DNA of 64,000 nucleotides from positions 1 to 64,000 of the forward strand of contig CBDCNQ010000004.1 of the NCBI GenBank assembly GCA_965219445.1. The letters are read 5' to 3'. This DNA comes from Longimicrobiales bacterium (GTDB taxonomy: Bacteria > Gemmatimonadota > Gemmatimonadetes > Longimicrobiales > Gaopeijiaceae). Position 1 is the first letter of the stretch. Each line of letters starts with the position of its first letter. Both the position numbers and the translations under genes were made by a program. Below, one piece after another: positions 39,407 through 49,621 of this stretch. A model generated the notes under the pieces. That model was given only the letters and a program-made list of their open reading frames with translations, was not told the DNA's origin and did not search any database.

Positions 39407-39810
39407 GAAAGCAACAGAAACACGAGCTATCCGTCCAGCGGCATGACGCCGGCTACAGCCTGATATCGGTGATCGTGGCGATCGTCCTGCTCTCGGTCGG
39501 CATCCTGAGCCTCTCGCAGTTGCTCACGCAATCGGTGTCGATGCAAACGATCATCGGCAGCCGGACCACTGCGCTTGACGTAGCCCGCTCGTACATGGAG
39601 GAGGTGAGGGGCCTCGATCCTCTTCTGGTTGAAGCAGTGCCGGCGGTCAGGGTGAATGAAAGAGGGGAGGTGGACTCGAACGGGCTCTTCACACGCGAGC
39701 TCACCGTGTCAACGGTGACTCTTCACCTCATGGAGGCCACCGTGATCGTCACGGTGCCCCAATCCAACCCCATCAGGCTCGTGACCTGGATTTACGATGG
39801 AGTATACTAA
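39397..39810 (+). CDS. PilV-like minor pilin
   Basis: G|YSLISVIVAIVLLSVGILSL. Confidence 0.8.
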   Translation: MAMRKQQKHELSVQRHDAGYSLISVIVAIVLLSVGILSLSQLLTQSVSMQTIIGSRTTALDVARSYMEEVRGLDPLLVEAVPAVRVNERGEVDSNGLFTRELTVSTVTLHLMEATVIVTVPQSNPIRLVTWIYDGVY

Positions 39811-39811
39811 G

Positions 39812-40741
39812 ATGGTGGCACGTGTCTCGACGAGGAGCGAGGGCTTCACGCTGATCGAATTGTTGATCTCGGTCGTACTTTCGGTCGTGGTCATGAGCGC
39901 CTCCCTCAGCTTCGCGCTCGCCGCATTCCGCGGCACGGAGGGGAACAAGCTCCGTGAGGAGGTCTACCGGAGCTCCCGATTCATCGGCATGAGCCTGGAG
40001 CGGGACTTCCAGACCACTGGCGTCGGTATCGCCAGCGAGATCCGATTCGGTAGTTTGAACGTGTACGGCGACACGGTCGTCATATTCCACGTACCGTGGA
40101 AGCCCACGAACGCGTACCCGTATGAGATCGACCCCCCGGGCGGCACAAACAATCCGCTCGATCCAGGGGGGACGTGTGGGTCTACGTGCATCGACCTGAA
40201 CAAGGGCCCCGGCAACACATTCGACCTGGTGCCCGGCGATATCGCCCGCCTGCAGATCAACGCCGAGCGGCGGCTGATCCTGGTCACCGATGTCCGGGAG
40301 ATGGGTAATAAGGTGCAGCTGACTTTCGCATCCGGCGCCACATTGCTCAATTCCCAAGCCGCGCTCTCGGGCGGGGTGCAGCTGGACCGCTTCAGCACCA
40401 TCGTGCAGAAGCTCCAGCCGATCATCTATTACGTCGAGAATGAGATCCTCTACCGCTCCGACCAGCTAGACCCGACCGGGGGCCTGATCGCATCACCCAT
40501 CGCGTACGGCGTGAAATCCTGGGAGGCGAAGATGATCTTCCTCGACTTGGACGAGGCGGACCAGGGCAACCCGTACGACGCCGACGCCACGAACGATTTC
40601 GACGACATCCTCGGCACGCGGATCACCGCGACATTAGGGACGAACCGTCCCGACATCCGCGTGGCCGGTGGTGAGATCTTCACGCGGACGTACGTGTGGA
40701 CGCTGTATCCGCGGAACCTCATGTATGAGAGGAACCGTTAG
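39812..40741 (+). CDS. PilW-like minor pilin
   Basis: G|FTLIELL; C-terminal PRNL. Confidence 0.85.
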   Translation: MVARVSTRSEGFTLIELLISVVLSVVVMSASLSFALAAFRGTEGNKLREEVYRSSRFIGMSLERDFQTTGVGIASEIRFGSLNVYGDTVVIFHVPWKPTNAYPYEIDPPGGTNNPLDPGGTCGSTCIDLNKGPGNTFDLVPGDIARLQINAERRLILVTDVREMGNKVQLTFASGATLLNSQAALSGGVQLDRFSTIVQKLQPIIYYVENEILYRSDQLDPTGGLIASPIAYGVKSWEAKMIFLDLDEADQGNPYDADATNDFDDILGTRITATLGTNRPDIRVAGGEIFTRTYVWTLYPRNLMYERNR

Positions 40742-40848
40742 CCCGGGCCACCTTGTCGGGAGCCCTGGGGAGGTCTATCGTCCGGCCACGTGATGACGAC
40801 GCGATCGGCGTCAACGGGGATCGCACGAGACCGCGGCAGGAAGTTGCA

Positions 40849-41241
40849 ATGACGACCGACAACACCTCCTTTTCCCGAAAATTGGCTGCCCGGGCGCCAC
40901 TGTTTGCCAGTGTGGCAGGGATGGTGATCTCATTGAGTAGCGTCTTCTTCTTCGTCGAGGACGACTTTCGCCGGATCCTGGGCGTAACCGCCGGGCTTTT
41001 CTGCCTTCTGCTCGCGGTCTGGTACGCAACCCATCCCTTCGTCAAGAATGAGCGCCGTTATACGGAGCTCAGGGGAGAAGTGGTCAAATTCGTCGGTCTC
41101 GCAAAGGAGCTGCACCACGCAGCCGTTCGAGGAGACGACGACGAGTTCGAGTCGATCAAGGACCGGGTGCCGGCCCAGGTCGAGACGGTCATCGATATGG
41201 CGCGACAATCAGAGCCGATCGGCCCTGCGGCTGGGGACTAG
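40849..41241 (+). CDS. Hypothetical 2-TM protein
   Basis: Two TMs; resembles 42661-43113 in architecture. Confidence 0.65.
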   Translation: MTTDNTSFSRKLAARAPLFASVAGMVISLSSVFFFVEDDFRRILGVTAGLFCLLLAVWYATHPFVKNERRYTELRGEVVKFVGLAKELHHAAVRGDDDEFESIKDRVPAQVETVIDMARQSEPIGPAAGD

Positions 41242-41298
41242 CTGTTGGGGTCGCCTTGTCCATGACGCAAGGCTCGCGCTCGCCTTGGGAGAGGTGCT

Positions 41299-42144
41299 TC
41301 AGCTGATCCGCAACCGAGCTGTAAGATACGCGAGTCGCGATGAGAGATCGGCCTGGGCGACGTCCCTCAGATCCGGCGACAGGGAAGCGAGCAGATCCGC
41401 CAGCGCCTCGGTAGCATAAGAGAAGCCCGTCCGAACCGGCTCGGGGTTGGTCCCCGTCACGACCCTCGCAATTCCCCGAAGCGTCATGTCGACCAAACGG
41501 CGATCGACGTAGGCGTTCTCGAATCGATTCTCATATTCGGCCACGAGATTCTGCATGGCCGACAGCCCGTGCGGCAGGTTGTCGGGCAACGAAGAGAAAT
41601 CGGTGATCCCCGGGACGATCGAGATTCGGAGGAGCCCGGTCTCGGAGGGCACGTAGAGGTCGAGAAACGGCGAGGCTCCGAGCTCGAGCGGGCCAGCACC
41701 TCCACTCGGTCGCCGGAACCCCCGTCCCCAGCTCGAAAGCTGTGTAGCGATCGAGCTGGCGGGCGCCCTCCCGTCCTGCTCCTCGACGCGCGGCCGGCCG
41801 AACACGGCGATGGCCGGCGCAGAGTAAGCCAGGGTCCATCCCCAATCGTCGCCATCGACCTGCAGCCCCTCGTCGGTGAAGGCGAACGACTCTGCCGGAC
41901 TCTGCGGAGGAACGTCGACGAGGTCACTCCCAGCAACGAGAACGGTCTCGAGACCGGCCGCGTCCAGGGCGGTTGCAGTGTCCAGGAGGCTGTCCTCGCC
42001 TTTTGCCGCAAACCAGATCTCGGGCAGGGCGTAATTGGTCTTCATCCCGACCTCGGCGGCCGTGAGACCGAAATGGGACGCCGCCTCGGCCGCGTCCACG
42101 TCACCATGAGGCGGGTTGGAGATGAGCAGTTGCCGAGCGTTCAC
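41299..42144 (-). CDS. Hypothetical protein
   Basis: 281-aa ORF directly after the response regulator. Confidence 0.65.
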   Translation of the reverse strand: MNARQLLISNPPHGDVDAAEAASHFGLTAAEVGMKTNYALPEIWFAAKGEDSLLDTATALDAAGLETVLVAGSDLVDVPPQSPAESFAFTDEGLQVDGDDWGWTLAYSAPAIAVFGRPRVEEQDGRAPASSIATQLSSWGRGFRRPSGGAGPLELGASPFLDLYVPSETGLLRISIVPGITDFSSLPDNLPHGLSAMQNLVAEYENRFENAYVDRRLVDMTLRGIARVVTGTNPEPVRTGFSYATEALADLLASLSPDLRDVAQADLSSRLAYLTARLRIS

Positions 42145-42147
42145 GCG

Positions 42148-42558
42148 CTAATTCCCAAAAAGGTCCTCTCCCGTTGGTCGCCTTGGCTGTGCTCGTGGCG
42201 TTGGCAGCCCCCCGAGGACCTCTTGGATCGTTTCGATGAGGTCTTCCGGCCTGACGGGCTTGACGAGCCCCGTAATCGCTCCGGACTGCTCTGCTGCATC
42301 GAGGTGTTGGGCCAGGCCGGATACAGCAATGATGGCGGCTTCGGGATCGTACGCGACAATGCGTCGGATGAGGCTCAGTCCGTCGACCTTGGGCATCCGA
42401 AGATCCGTGACGACCAACGCGATGTCGTTTTCCTTATACATCTGCATGGCAGCCTCTCCGTCGCCCGCGAAGAAGGGGGTGTGCCCGGCCTGCTCGATAA
42501 TCCTGCTCTGCAGGAGCCGGTCCATCTCTTCGTCATCGACTATCAATACGTTGGCCAT
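42148..42558 (-). CDS. Single-domain response regulator
   Basis: VLIVDD, TDLRMP and KP motifs. Confidence 0.92.
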   Translation of the reverse strand: MANVLIVDDEEMDRLLQSRIIEQAGHTPFFAGDGEAAMQMYKENDIALVVTDLRMPKVDGLSLIRRIVAYDPEAAIIAVSGLAQHLDAAEQSGAITGLVKPVRPEDLIETIQEVLGGLPTPRAQPRRPTGEDLFGN

Positions 42559-42660
42559 GGCGTATGCAGGTCTGGGGGGGCACCTTCACATACCGGATGA
42601 TAATCGATCCATACAGCGTGACCGTCAGGGGCGCAAGCGCTACTCTCTCGGCCACTCGAG

Positions 42661-43113
42661 CTACCCGACTCTCTCCCGGTCCATCCGCTCCCGCGCCTGG
42701 AGCAAGTCCATCTCGGGCTCCACGGTGGGCCTACCCGCGGCCCGCCGGACGTCCGTGATGATCTCCCTGATCTCGTTCTCGATGTCGTCCATTTCACGTA
42801 TGGCCTCGTCTTGGTTCCGGAACCCGCGCTCCGCATCCACGGCGATCCAGTTGAGTCGCCGTACGTGCTCCAGGAGCAGCACCACCTGGGATCGAAGCTC
42901 GCGAAAGACCCGACCGCGAGTCGCCCAACGGGTGGGGCCGGCCTCCATCGCCGTGACTTCGAAGCGTATGCCGGCCCAGAGAATGATGGGAACGAGGAGC
43001 AAGCCGATAATCAGGCGTGGAGCCTGGTCGAGCGGGAAGTAGAGTACCAGGGCGTCTAACAAGACGCCCAAGACCAGAACGGTTAGATAGAAGGTTCGTG
43101 ACCAGGGTGACAT
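42661..43113 (-). CDS. Hypothetical 2-TM protein
   Basis: Two TMs plus helical tail. Confidence 0.65.
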   Translation of the reverse strand: MSPWSRTFYLTVLVLGVLLDALVLYFPLDQAPRLIIGLLLVPIILWAGIRFEVTAMEAGPTRWATRGRVFRELRSQVVLLLEHVRRLNWIAVDAERGFRNQDEAIREMDDIENEIREIITDVRRAAGRPTVEPEMDLLQARERMDRERVG

Positions 43114-43364
43114 AGGTTCTCCCTCATACGATTCTCGCGCTCACCGCGAGCATCAATTTCCCGTCCGACATCAGGGGGTCGTCGGTCCCCCGCCAAGGAG
43201 ACCCATTCGGCCCTCGTTGGCGAAGCAGGGAAACATATTTTTGCCGAACACCTAATTCACGATTCACCAGATCCCAAGCCGTGTCAAGAGATTTTTCGGG
43301 CCGGAACCAGCCGAGGCCCTGGGAAACATCTGGAGAAGATATCGGCCTTCCGCTCTGTGGTACT

Positions 43365-44525
43365 CTAGCTTTCCGAGATTGCCGACAGATCGACCCAACT
43401 CCGAGCTGCCAAAGGCCGGACCCGGGTGAGGCCCGAATTTTCGAGGATGGCGCGGCTGACGGCACACGTTGAAGTCGAGACCACGGATCCGCCTACGAGC
43501 GACTGAGTGTTCAAGTCGGCGTTGCTGGCCATGACGCCACCGTACACGCGGTTCCCCGAGCCCTGGGTCCCCAAGCTTCCCTGCACGATGACGATGCCGT
43601 AGAAGGCGAAGTTGCCCCGCAGATCGAGGTCTCCATCCACGAGCAGGACTCCCTGGCCCACGCCTCCGGACTGCACGTTGGCGTTGCCGGTGATGTGGAT
43701 GACGGGAAACCAATCCCAGCAGGCGGCTCCCGGGTTCTCGGGATTGCCCCAGTTGAGGGGGAATCCCGGGCCCGCAAGACAGTCACCGCCGGCCGTGCTG
43801 TCAGGCTCCAGGCTGCTGAGGCCCCCTCCGCTGAGGCGGATGTTCGCCATGGCGGTGAGCGCATCCCATTCCAGGTCGCCGAACTGGGTGAAGGTCGAGT
43901 CCGCGATGTAGGTGTCCTCCGCTACGGGCGGATCTCCCGTGAGTTCCGCAGCGCCCCCCTGTATCGTGACCTGGCTGGCGTCGTCCGTGAGGATCCCCGG
44001 CTTGTCGGCCCCTAGCGGGCCGCAGACGCCTCCCCAACCGATGGGCATTTCGTCTTCGCCGTGCACCTCCGCCGTCCCTTGGAGCCTCGTTGGTCCCCGA
44101 GTGGTCAGCGCCGCGGGCGGCGCGATGTCGGCGATCACCAAGCGGGTGGTCACGCCCACGCGACGTGAGGCCCCCGAAAGCATCGCGCCACCCCTGGTGA
44201 CCGTGCCGTCGACATCCACGAAGTACAGGAGGTCGGTCAGCTTGGTGATGCGGGCCGTCACCTGGCCGACGCCCGCGTAGTTCTGCGTAACGGTCGTATC
44301 ACCCCAGTTGGGCAGCGCTCCGAAGAGCTCGACGTCCCAGTTGTCCATGACGTCCACCAACCCCTGCTCGGTCAAATAGAAGGCCATGCCGGCGTGCTCG
44401 CTCGCTGTGCCGATCCGCCCCTCCTGGCGCGCCATGAAGAATCCTCCAGTGGTGATTACGCCGACGATCACAAGGGCGAAAACCGCCACGGGAAGTGCAA
44501 AGCCGCGCTGTTCTTTCTGTACCAT
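43365..44525 (-). CDS. PilX-like minor pilin (cluster 2)
   Basis: G|FALPVA; G-rich C-terminal GVLLVDGDL repeats. Confidence 0.85.
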   Translation of the reverse strand: MVQKEQRGFALPVAVFALVIVGVITTGGFFMARQEGRIGTASEHAGMAFYLTEQGLVDVMDNWDVELFGALPNWGDTTVTQNYAGVGQVTARITKLTDLLYFVDVDGTVTRGGAMLSGASRRVGVTTRLVIADIAPPAALTTRGPTRLQGTAEVHGEDEMPIGWGGVCGPLGADKPGILTDDASQVTIQGGAAELTGDPPVAEDTYIADSTFTQFGDLEWDALTAMANIRLSGGGLSSLEPDSTAGGDCLAGPGFPLNWGNPENPGAACWDWFPVIHITGNANVQSGGVGQGVLLVDGDLDLRGNFAFYGIVIVQGSLGTQGSGNRVYGGVMASNADLNTQSLVGGSVVSTSTCAVSRAILENSGLTRVRPLAARSWVDLSAISES

Positions 44526-44578
44526 CTCATCCTACCTCGATTGGACCGATCCAGGCCGTTCGCTGATTCCGTAGTTCG

Positions 44579-45379
44579 TTAATTCCGTAGATAGATCGCA
44601 GTTGAAAGGGAATCCGCCACCGGATATCCCTGCTGGTTCAGGACGCTGGCCTTGGACCGAAGGGTCACGTCGACGCGTGACACCGCCCTGGGGTTCGTCG
44701 TGACGTTTCCGATGGAGTCCACGTATGTGAACGAGACTCCATTCGGTGCGAGTGGCCCCACCAGGGGCTCCGTCCTCGCGCCTGACCTGCGGGCCAGATA
44801 GTTTTCCCCGTCCACCACGTACAATCCGTACGTGTAGATCTTGAACCCTCTGACCGGAGCGCCAATCCGCACCGTGTCGCTCGCCAGCGCCGCGGCCAAG
44901 GCCGGAACCGTAAGCAACTGGGCAGGATCTCCTCCCAAGCACGTCTGGGTCGTGTCGATGCCACCCACGGCCCCCGCAAGGATCGTGTCGTCACTCGCGA
45001 TGTCGGTATCGTTGTCGGCGAAGACCATGACGGAGTCTCCGTCCTCGAAAAAGCGACCGATCTTCTGCACGCGCACCGGGCTTCCCGTTGCGTTCGTCCC
45101 GCACACCAAGCCGAAAGCCCGCATGGCTCGGATCTCGATCCGATCGGATCCCAAAGTCAGGATGTCACCTTCGGCGCGGCTTATCTCTCGGAGCTCGGAA
45201 AAAAGGATGTCGAGCCCGGCACGAACGTTCTGCTGACCCTGAATCTGCGCCGTCTGGACCGTCAAGGCTCTCTGACTTGAAAGCAGGATCTGATAGGTGG
45301 CGCCGACCAACATTGCACCGACGACGGCCACGATCATCAGCTCAACGAGCGTGAACCCGCGTCTGTCCCCGGTCTTCAT
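44579..45379 (-). CDS. PilW-like minor pilin (cluster 2)
   Basis: G|FTLVEL; terminal LRN. Confidence 0.85.
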   Translation of the reverse strand: MKTGDRRGFTLVELMIVAVVGAMLVGATYQILLSSQRALTVQTAQIQGQQNVRAGLDILFSELREISRAEGDILTLGSDRIEIRAMRAFGLVCGTNATGSPVRVQKIGRFFEDGDSVMVFADNDTDIASDDTILAGAVGGIDTTQTCLGGDPAQLLTVPALAAALASDTVRIGAPVRGFKIYTYGLYVVDGENYLARRSGARTEPLVGPLAPNGVSFTYVDSIGNVTTNPRAVSRVDVTLRSKASVLNQQGYPVADSLSTAIYLRN

Positions 45380-45786
45380 GGCCTCAGCACCCTGTAGAGC
45401 ACCGTATCCGCGACGGCGTTCGATAGCATGGGACTCGACTGACTCTCGGATGCCGAGACCCGGCCCGGCCCCACCGCCACGATGCGGACCGCCTGGGTCT
45501 GCGGCGTGGTAACGGTCGGGGTCCAGGAGACCACCAACGGCCCGATCGTGTCCTGCCCCTCGCTGATCGAATCGTAGGGGGTCGCGCGGATGCGCTCCAT
45601 CACGCTTTGGATGGCTGCGACCCGCGCCGTAGTCACCTCAGCCAGCGTGAGCTGGCGGGTGATGAACAGTGTCGTCGTGGCGAGCCCCATTACACCGAAG
45701 GCGAGTACGAAAAGGGCCATGACCAGCTCGACCAGCGAGAAACCAGCGTCGGGGCGCATGCCACCTGCTTGGCGTCCGGACATCAT
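45376..45786 (-). CDS. PilV-like minor pilin (cluster 2)
   Basis: G|FSLVEL. Confidence 0.85.
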   Translation of the reverse strand: MMSGRQAGGMRPDAGFSLVELVMALFVLAFGVMGLATTTLFITRQLTLAEVTTARVAAIQSVMERIRATPYDSISEGQDTIGPLVVSWTPTVTTPQTQAVRIVAVGPGRVSASESQSSPMLSNAVADTVLYRVLRP

Positions 45787-46244
45787 TTGACCACCACCTG
45801 TCCGAGCGTAAGAACCCGAACCGAAGCCGTGTCCGACGCAAGCAGAAAGGAGACCGTCACGGGAGAATCGAAGTTGTTGCATCCTATATCGGCGAAGCCG
45901 CGAGCGTTCATACAGACGCTCACGTCCGCGTTGGTCGACGTGCGCATGTCCACGTTGAACTCATCCCCGAAATCAACGGTCTCGAGGACCTCGCCAGCCC
46001 GACTCAGCCATACGCTGTCATCGTCTGGATCGAGGTTCAGCTGAACGATTTGTCCGTACTCCACGGCATGTGCCCGGGCACGAGCGTGCATCGACATGAA
46101 GGTCTGTCGGGCTCCCTTGGTCGCGAAGCGCCCGGAAACGCCGTTGAAGCTCGTGATGGCGATGCTGGTGAGGACGGATCCCACCATGATGACCACCACG
46201 AGTTCAATGATTGAAAAGCCTGACCTTCTTGTATCCATTTCCAT
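45783..46244 (-). CDS. FimT-like minor pilin (cluster 2)
   Basis: G|FSIIEL. Confidence 0.85.
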   Translation of the reverse strand: MEMDTRRSGFSIIELVVVIMVGSVLTSIAITSFNGVSGRFATKGARQTFMSMHARARAHAVEYGQIVQLNLDPDDDSVWLSRAGEVLETVDFGDEFNVDMRTSTNADVSVCMNARGFADIGCNNFDSPVTVSFLLASDTASVRVLTLGQVVVK

Positions 46245-46286
46245 TTCGTTCGTTAAGACGATGGGAGGAGCCACGTTGGACAATCC

Positions 46287-46301
46287 GCGAGATCCGTGCC
46301 A
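46287..46301 (-). promoter_or_regulatory. sigma54 -24/-12 promoter of pilin cluster 2
   Basis: TGGCACGGATCTCGC (GG-N10-GC) about 45 bp upstream of fimT. Confidence 0.55.
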
Positions 46302-46614
46302 TGCGAGGATCCCAACAACCGCGGGCCCTCTTCCCTTATGCAGTCACTGATTCGGGTAAACTTTTCCCGGCACCGGGTAAAGAGTACCCTGAAAAAAGGC
46401 GCTCAGAATGGGTAGAAAACGGGGTAGACGTGGGGGAGTTTTCGGCTAGGAAGGGCGCGGTGGCGTGGAGTCGCGATGCGGCCGGGAGGCCACGGCCATT
46501 AAGCTCAGCCTAGGGTGGGGACCACTCAGGAGCTCGAATGCCATGTAGCTTCCGTCCGGAGAGATCGCCGCATCCGTCAGGGCATCGGAGCGGCTAGATG
46601 TTGTACATTAAGCT

Positions 46615-48930
46615 TTGAGCAACCGTCACCCGGAGTTCACGCTGAACGCTTCCCAATACTGTAGCTTCCGCTACCGTGCCGCACCGCTCGCGACCGGTCT
46701 GCTGTTGGCTGTGACTGCGCTCCCAGCATCGGCACAGGTCAGTCCTGAGGAAGGGCACTCAAGGGGCGCGCTCAAGGAGCCCACAGCAGCAGCTTCCGCG
46801 ACCGAGACGAACCGTGAGCGGTACGAGCTCCCTGCCGTGCGGGTTGAGGAGGGCCCGGTCATCGACGGAGTCCTGGACGACCCGGCATGGGAACAAGCCG
46901 CCCTGATTGACGAGTTCGTCCAGCAGGAGCCCCTCGAGGGTGCCCCTGCCACGCAACGGACCGAGGTTCGCGTGCTCTTCGACGGGGCGAGCCTCTACGT
47001 GGGCGTCCTTGCTTTCGATTCCTCTCCGGAACGTGTCACCGCCACCGAGATGCGGCGGGACGGGCCCCAGATCATGAACGAGGACAGCTTCCAGATCATC
47101 CTCGACACCTTCATGGACTCCCGTTCCGCGTACATGTTCGTCGTGAGCCCGCTCGGGGCGATGCTGGACCAGCAGGTCATTCGGGAGGGCCAGGGGACGC
47201 AGCGTGGCACCTCGTCGAACATAAACCTGCAGTGGGACGGAGTCTGGGACGCGTCGGCGCGCAGGACCCCGGAGGGGTGGGCCGCCGAGGTTCGGATCCC
47301 GATGGTCACCCTCCGGTTCCCCGCCGCGTCCCCGCAGTCGTGGGGGATCAACTTCATGCGGAACATCCCTCACCTGAACGAGGTGTTGTTCTGGGCCCCG
47401 ATTCCACTCCCCTACGGAATCACCCGGGTGAGCCTCGCGGGCACGCTGAACGGACTCGAAGGCCTCAGCCGGGGGCGGGATCTGCGCATCAAGCCTTTCG
47501 TGGTGGCGGGAGGCGAGGCTGAGCGCAGCGAAGGGGTTTCGACCCGGTCGATCTCCCGCGATATGGGCCTCGATATCAAGTACGGGATCACCCCCAGCCT
47601 GAACCTCGATCTGACCCTCAACACGGATTTCGCGCAAGCAGAGGTAGACGACGAGCGAGTGAACTTGACGCGCTTCCCCCTCTTCTTCCCGGAGAAGCGG
47701 GACTTCTTCCTGGAAAACGCCGGCCAATTCAACGTCGGGACGACGGGCACAGGCCAACGGGCCGACCTCTTCTTCACCCGCCGGATCGGGATTGACGAGA
47801 GCGGTGGGCAGGTTCCGATCATCGCCGGGGCACGGATGACCGGGAAGGTGGGGCAGAACGACGTCGCGGTCATGGACATCCAGACCGACGACGCGTTCGG
47901 CCAACCCGGACAGAACTTCCTGGTGGCACGCTATAGCCGTGACATCCTGAGCCGTTCGAAGGTGGGGGGGATCGTGGTCAACCGGCAGGCTACGAGCGGT
48001 GGGGACTACAACCGCACCTACGCAGCAGACGCCGCGCTCGCGCTCGGTTCGAGTCTACGGATCAACGGGTTCCTGGCCCAGACCCAGACTCCGGCGATCT
48101 CTTCGGACGACCAAGCAGGTTATTTCCGGGCGCATTGGCTGAGCGATTCCTGGGATATCTATCTCGATCACGTTGACCTCGGGGACAACTTCAACCCGGA
48201 GGTGGGCTTCGTGCCCCGGGTCGGCGTCCGCTCGACCAAGTTCCTTTTCAATTGGACTCCTAGGCCCGATTTTGGGGGGATTCGGGTCATGGACGGACCG
48301 ATGTGGCAGCTGGTCTATACGACCGACCAGGCCGGACGGCTCGTATACCGACAGTTTCACCACATGATCCGGATCATATTCGAGAACAGCGCGCGCTTGG
48401 ACTTCGTCTACAACAGGAACTTCGAACGTCTGGACGAGCCGTTTTCTGTGCAGGGCATCTCCATCGCCCCTGGGAAATACTACTTCTACAACGCGAGAAT
48501 CGGCTTCAACAGCGATCCATCCCGACAGGTCAGCTACAGCGTCACCTACCGTCCCCAGGGCTTCTACGGCGGGAACCGGAAGGATCTTTCGCTGAATCTC
48601 GGATCCCGGATTACCTCCAAGTTCTCGACCGCAGTACAGTACACGCGAAACGACGTGGACCTCCCGGTTGGAGACTTCGTGACTCAGCTCGGCTCCCTCC
48701 GCGTCGACTACGCATTCTCTCCGACGCTCAGCCTCCGGACGCTGACGCAATACAACTCGTCAAGGGATCAGTGGAGCACGAGCGCGCGCTTCCGCTACAT
48801 CTATCGTCCTGGAAGCGACCTCTACATCGTCTACGATGAGGTACGCCGGGACATCAACGGCATTCCCCTCGCTCAGGAGTTCCGGGACCGCCGGCTCATC
48901 ATCAAGGCGACCTACCTCCTGACCATGTAG
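46615..48930 (+). CDS. CBM9-like/DUF5916 outer-membrane protein
   Basis: PVIDGVLDD, NTDFAQAEVD and FPEKRDFFLE motifs; beta-barrel-like C-terminus. Confidence 0.85.
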   Translation: MSNRHPEFTLNASQYCSFRYRAAPLATGLLLAVTALPASAQVSPEEGHSRGALKEPTAAASATETNRERYELPAVRVEEGPVIDGVLDDPAWEQAALIDEFVQQEPLEGAPATQRTEVRVLFDGASLYVGVLAFDSSPERVTATEMRRDGPQIMNEDSFQIILDTFMDSRSAYMFVVSPLGAMLDQQVIREGQGTQRGTSSNINLQWDGVWDASARRTPEGWAAEVRIPMVTLRFPAASPQSWGINFMRNIPHLNEVLFWAPIPLPYGITRVSLAGTLNGLEGLSRGRDLRIKPFVVAGGEAERSEGVSTRSISRDMGLDIKYGITPSLNLDLTLNTDFAQAEVDDERVNLTRFPLFFPEKRDFFLENAGQFNVGTTGTGQRADLFFTRRIGIDESGGQVPIIAGARMTGKVGQNDVAVMDIQTDDAFGQPGQNFLVARYSRDILSRSKVGGIVVNRQATSGGDYNRTYAADAALALGSSLRINGFLAQTQTPAISSDDQAGYFRAHWLSDSWDIYLDHVDLGDNFNPEVGFVPRVGVRSTKFLFNWTPRPDFGGIRVMDGPMWQLVYTTDQAGRLVYRQFHHMIRIIFENSARLDFVYNRNFERLDEPFSVQGISIAPGKYYFYNARIGFNSDPSRQVSYSVTYRPQGFYGGNRKDLSLNLGSRITSKFSTAVQYTRNDVDLPVGDFVTQLGSLRVDYAFSPTLSLRTLTQYNSSRDQWSTSARFRYIYRPGSDLYIVYDEVRRDINGIPLAQEFRDRRLIIKATYLLTM

Positions 48931-48999
48931 TCGGAAGCTAGCAACCCCCAAGGAGCCAATCGAGGGACCGGCACCCAGCGCAACATACTGCTTGTGTGT

Positions 49000-49464
49000 T
49001 CAGCGCGACTCGTAGATCGAGCTATTGCCTTCCCGGTCGAACGTCAGAACGTCATAGGGCATCGGCCGGGAGCCTTCCATCCCCGGTGGACCTACGATCA
49101 TGCCGGGCACGGTGATGCCCGCCCAGCCTGCATCCTCCTCCAAGAAGCGCATGAGCAGGTCCGCCGGAACGTGGCCCTCGACGATGTGGTCTCCGACCTG
49201 GGCCGTGTGACACCCTCTGAACTCGGGGGCGACTCCGTGCTCCTCCTGTATCGCCCAGACGTCATCGACCTCGTTGAGCGTTACTTCAAAACCGTTGTCT
49301 CGTAGGTGACCCACCCACCGGGCGCAGCATGCTCAGGTAGGGTTGTGGTACACCGTGACGGTCGGAAGCTGAGTCTGAGCAGGAGCGAACCCGATACCCG
49401 CGATCGCGACAAGGGCGAGCGCCGCAGCGCCAACTCCGAACTTCGTGGCCTTCCCGAAAGACAT
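49000..49464 (-). CDS. DUF411/CopG-like metal-binding protein, probable selenoprotein (UGA at codon 44)
   Basis: Signal peptide, VYHNPT-U-ACCARW, CHTA and VEGHVP in one frame; in-frame TGA at 49333-49335. Confidence 0.75.
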
Positions 49465-49621
49465 TTGGTATCTCCATCTGTAGGGACTAGGCGGGTGGTG
49501 GAAAGGTACGGCCAGGCACCCAGAGCCGCCATGTGTGTGTCACCGCCGGACCCCCATCCACCGTAAGGACCGGCTGCGCCAGTTTGGCGATCACCGGTTT
49601 CCGACCGTTGGCTGCAGGCCC

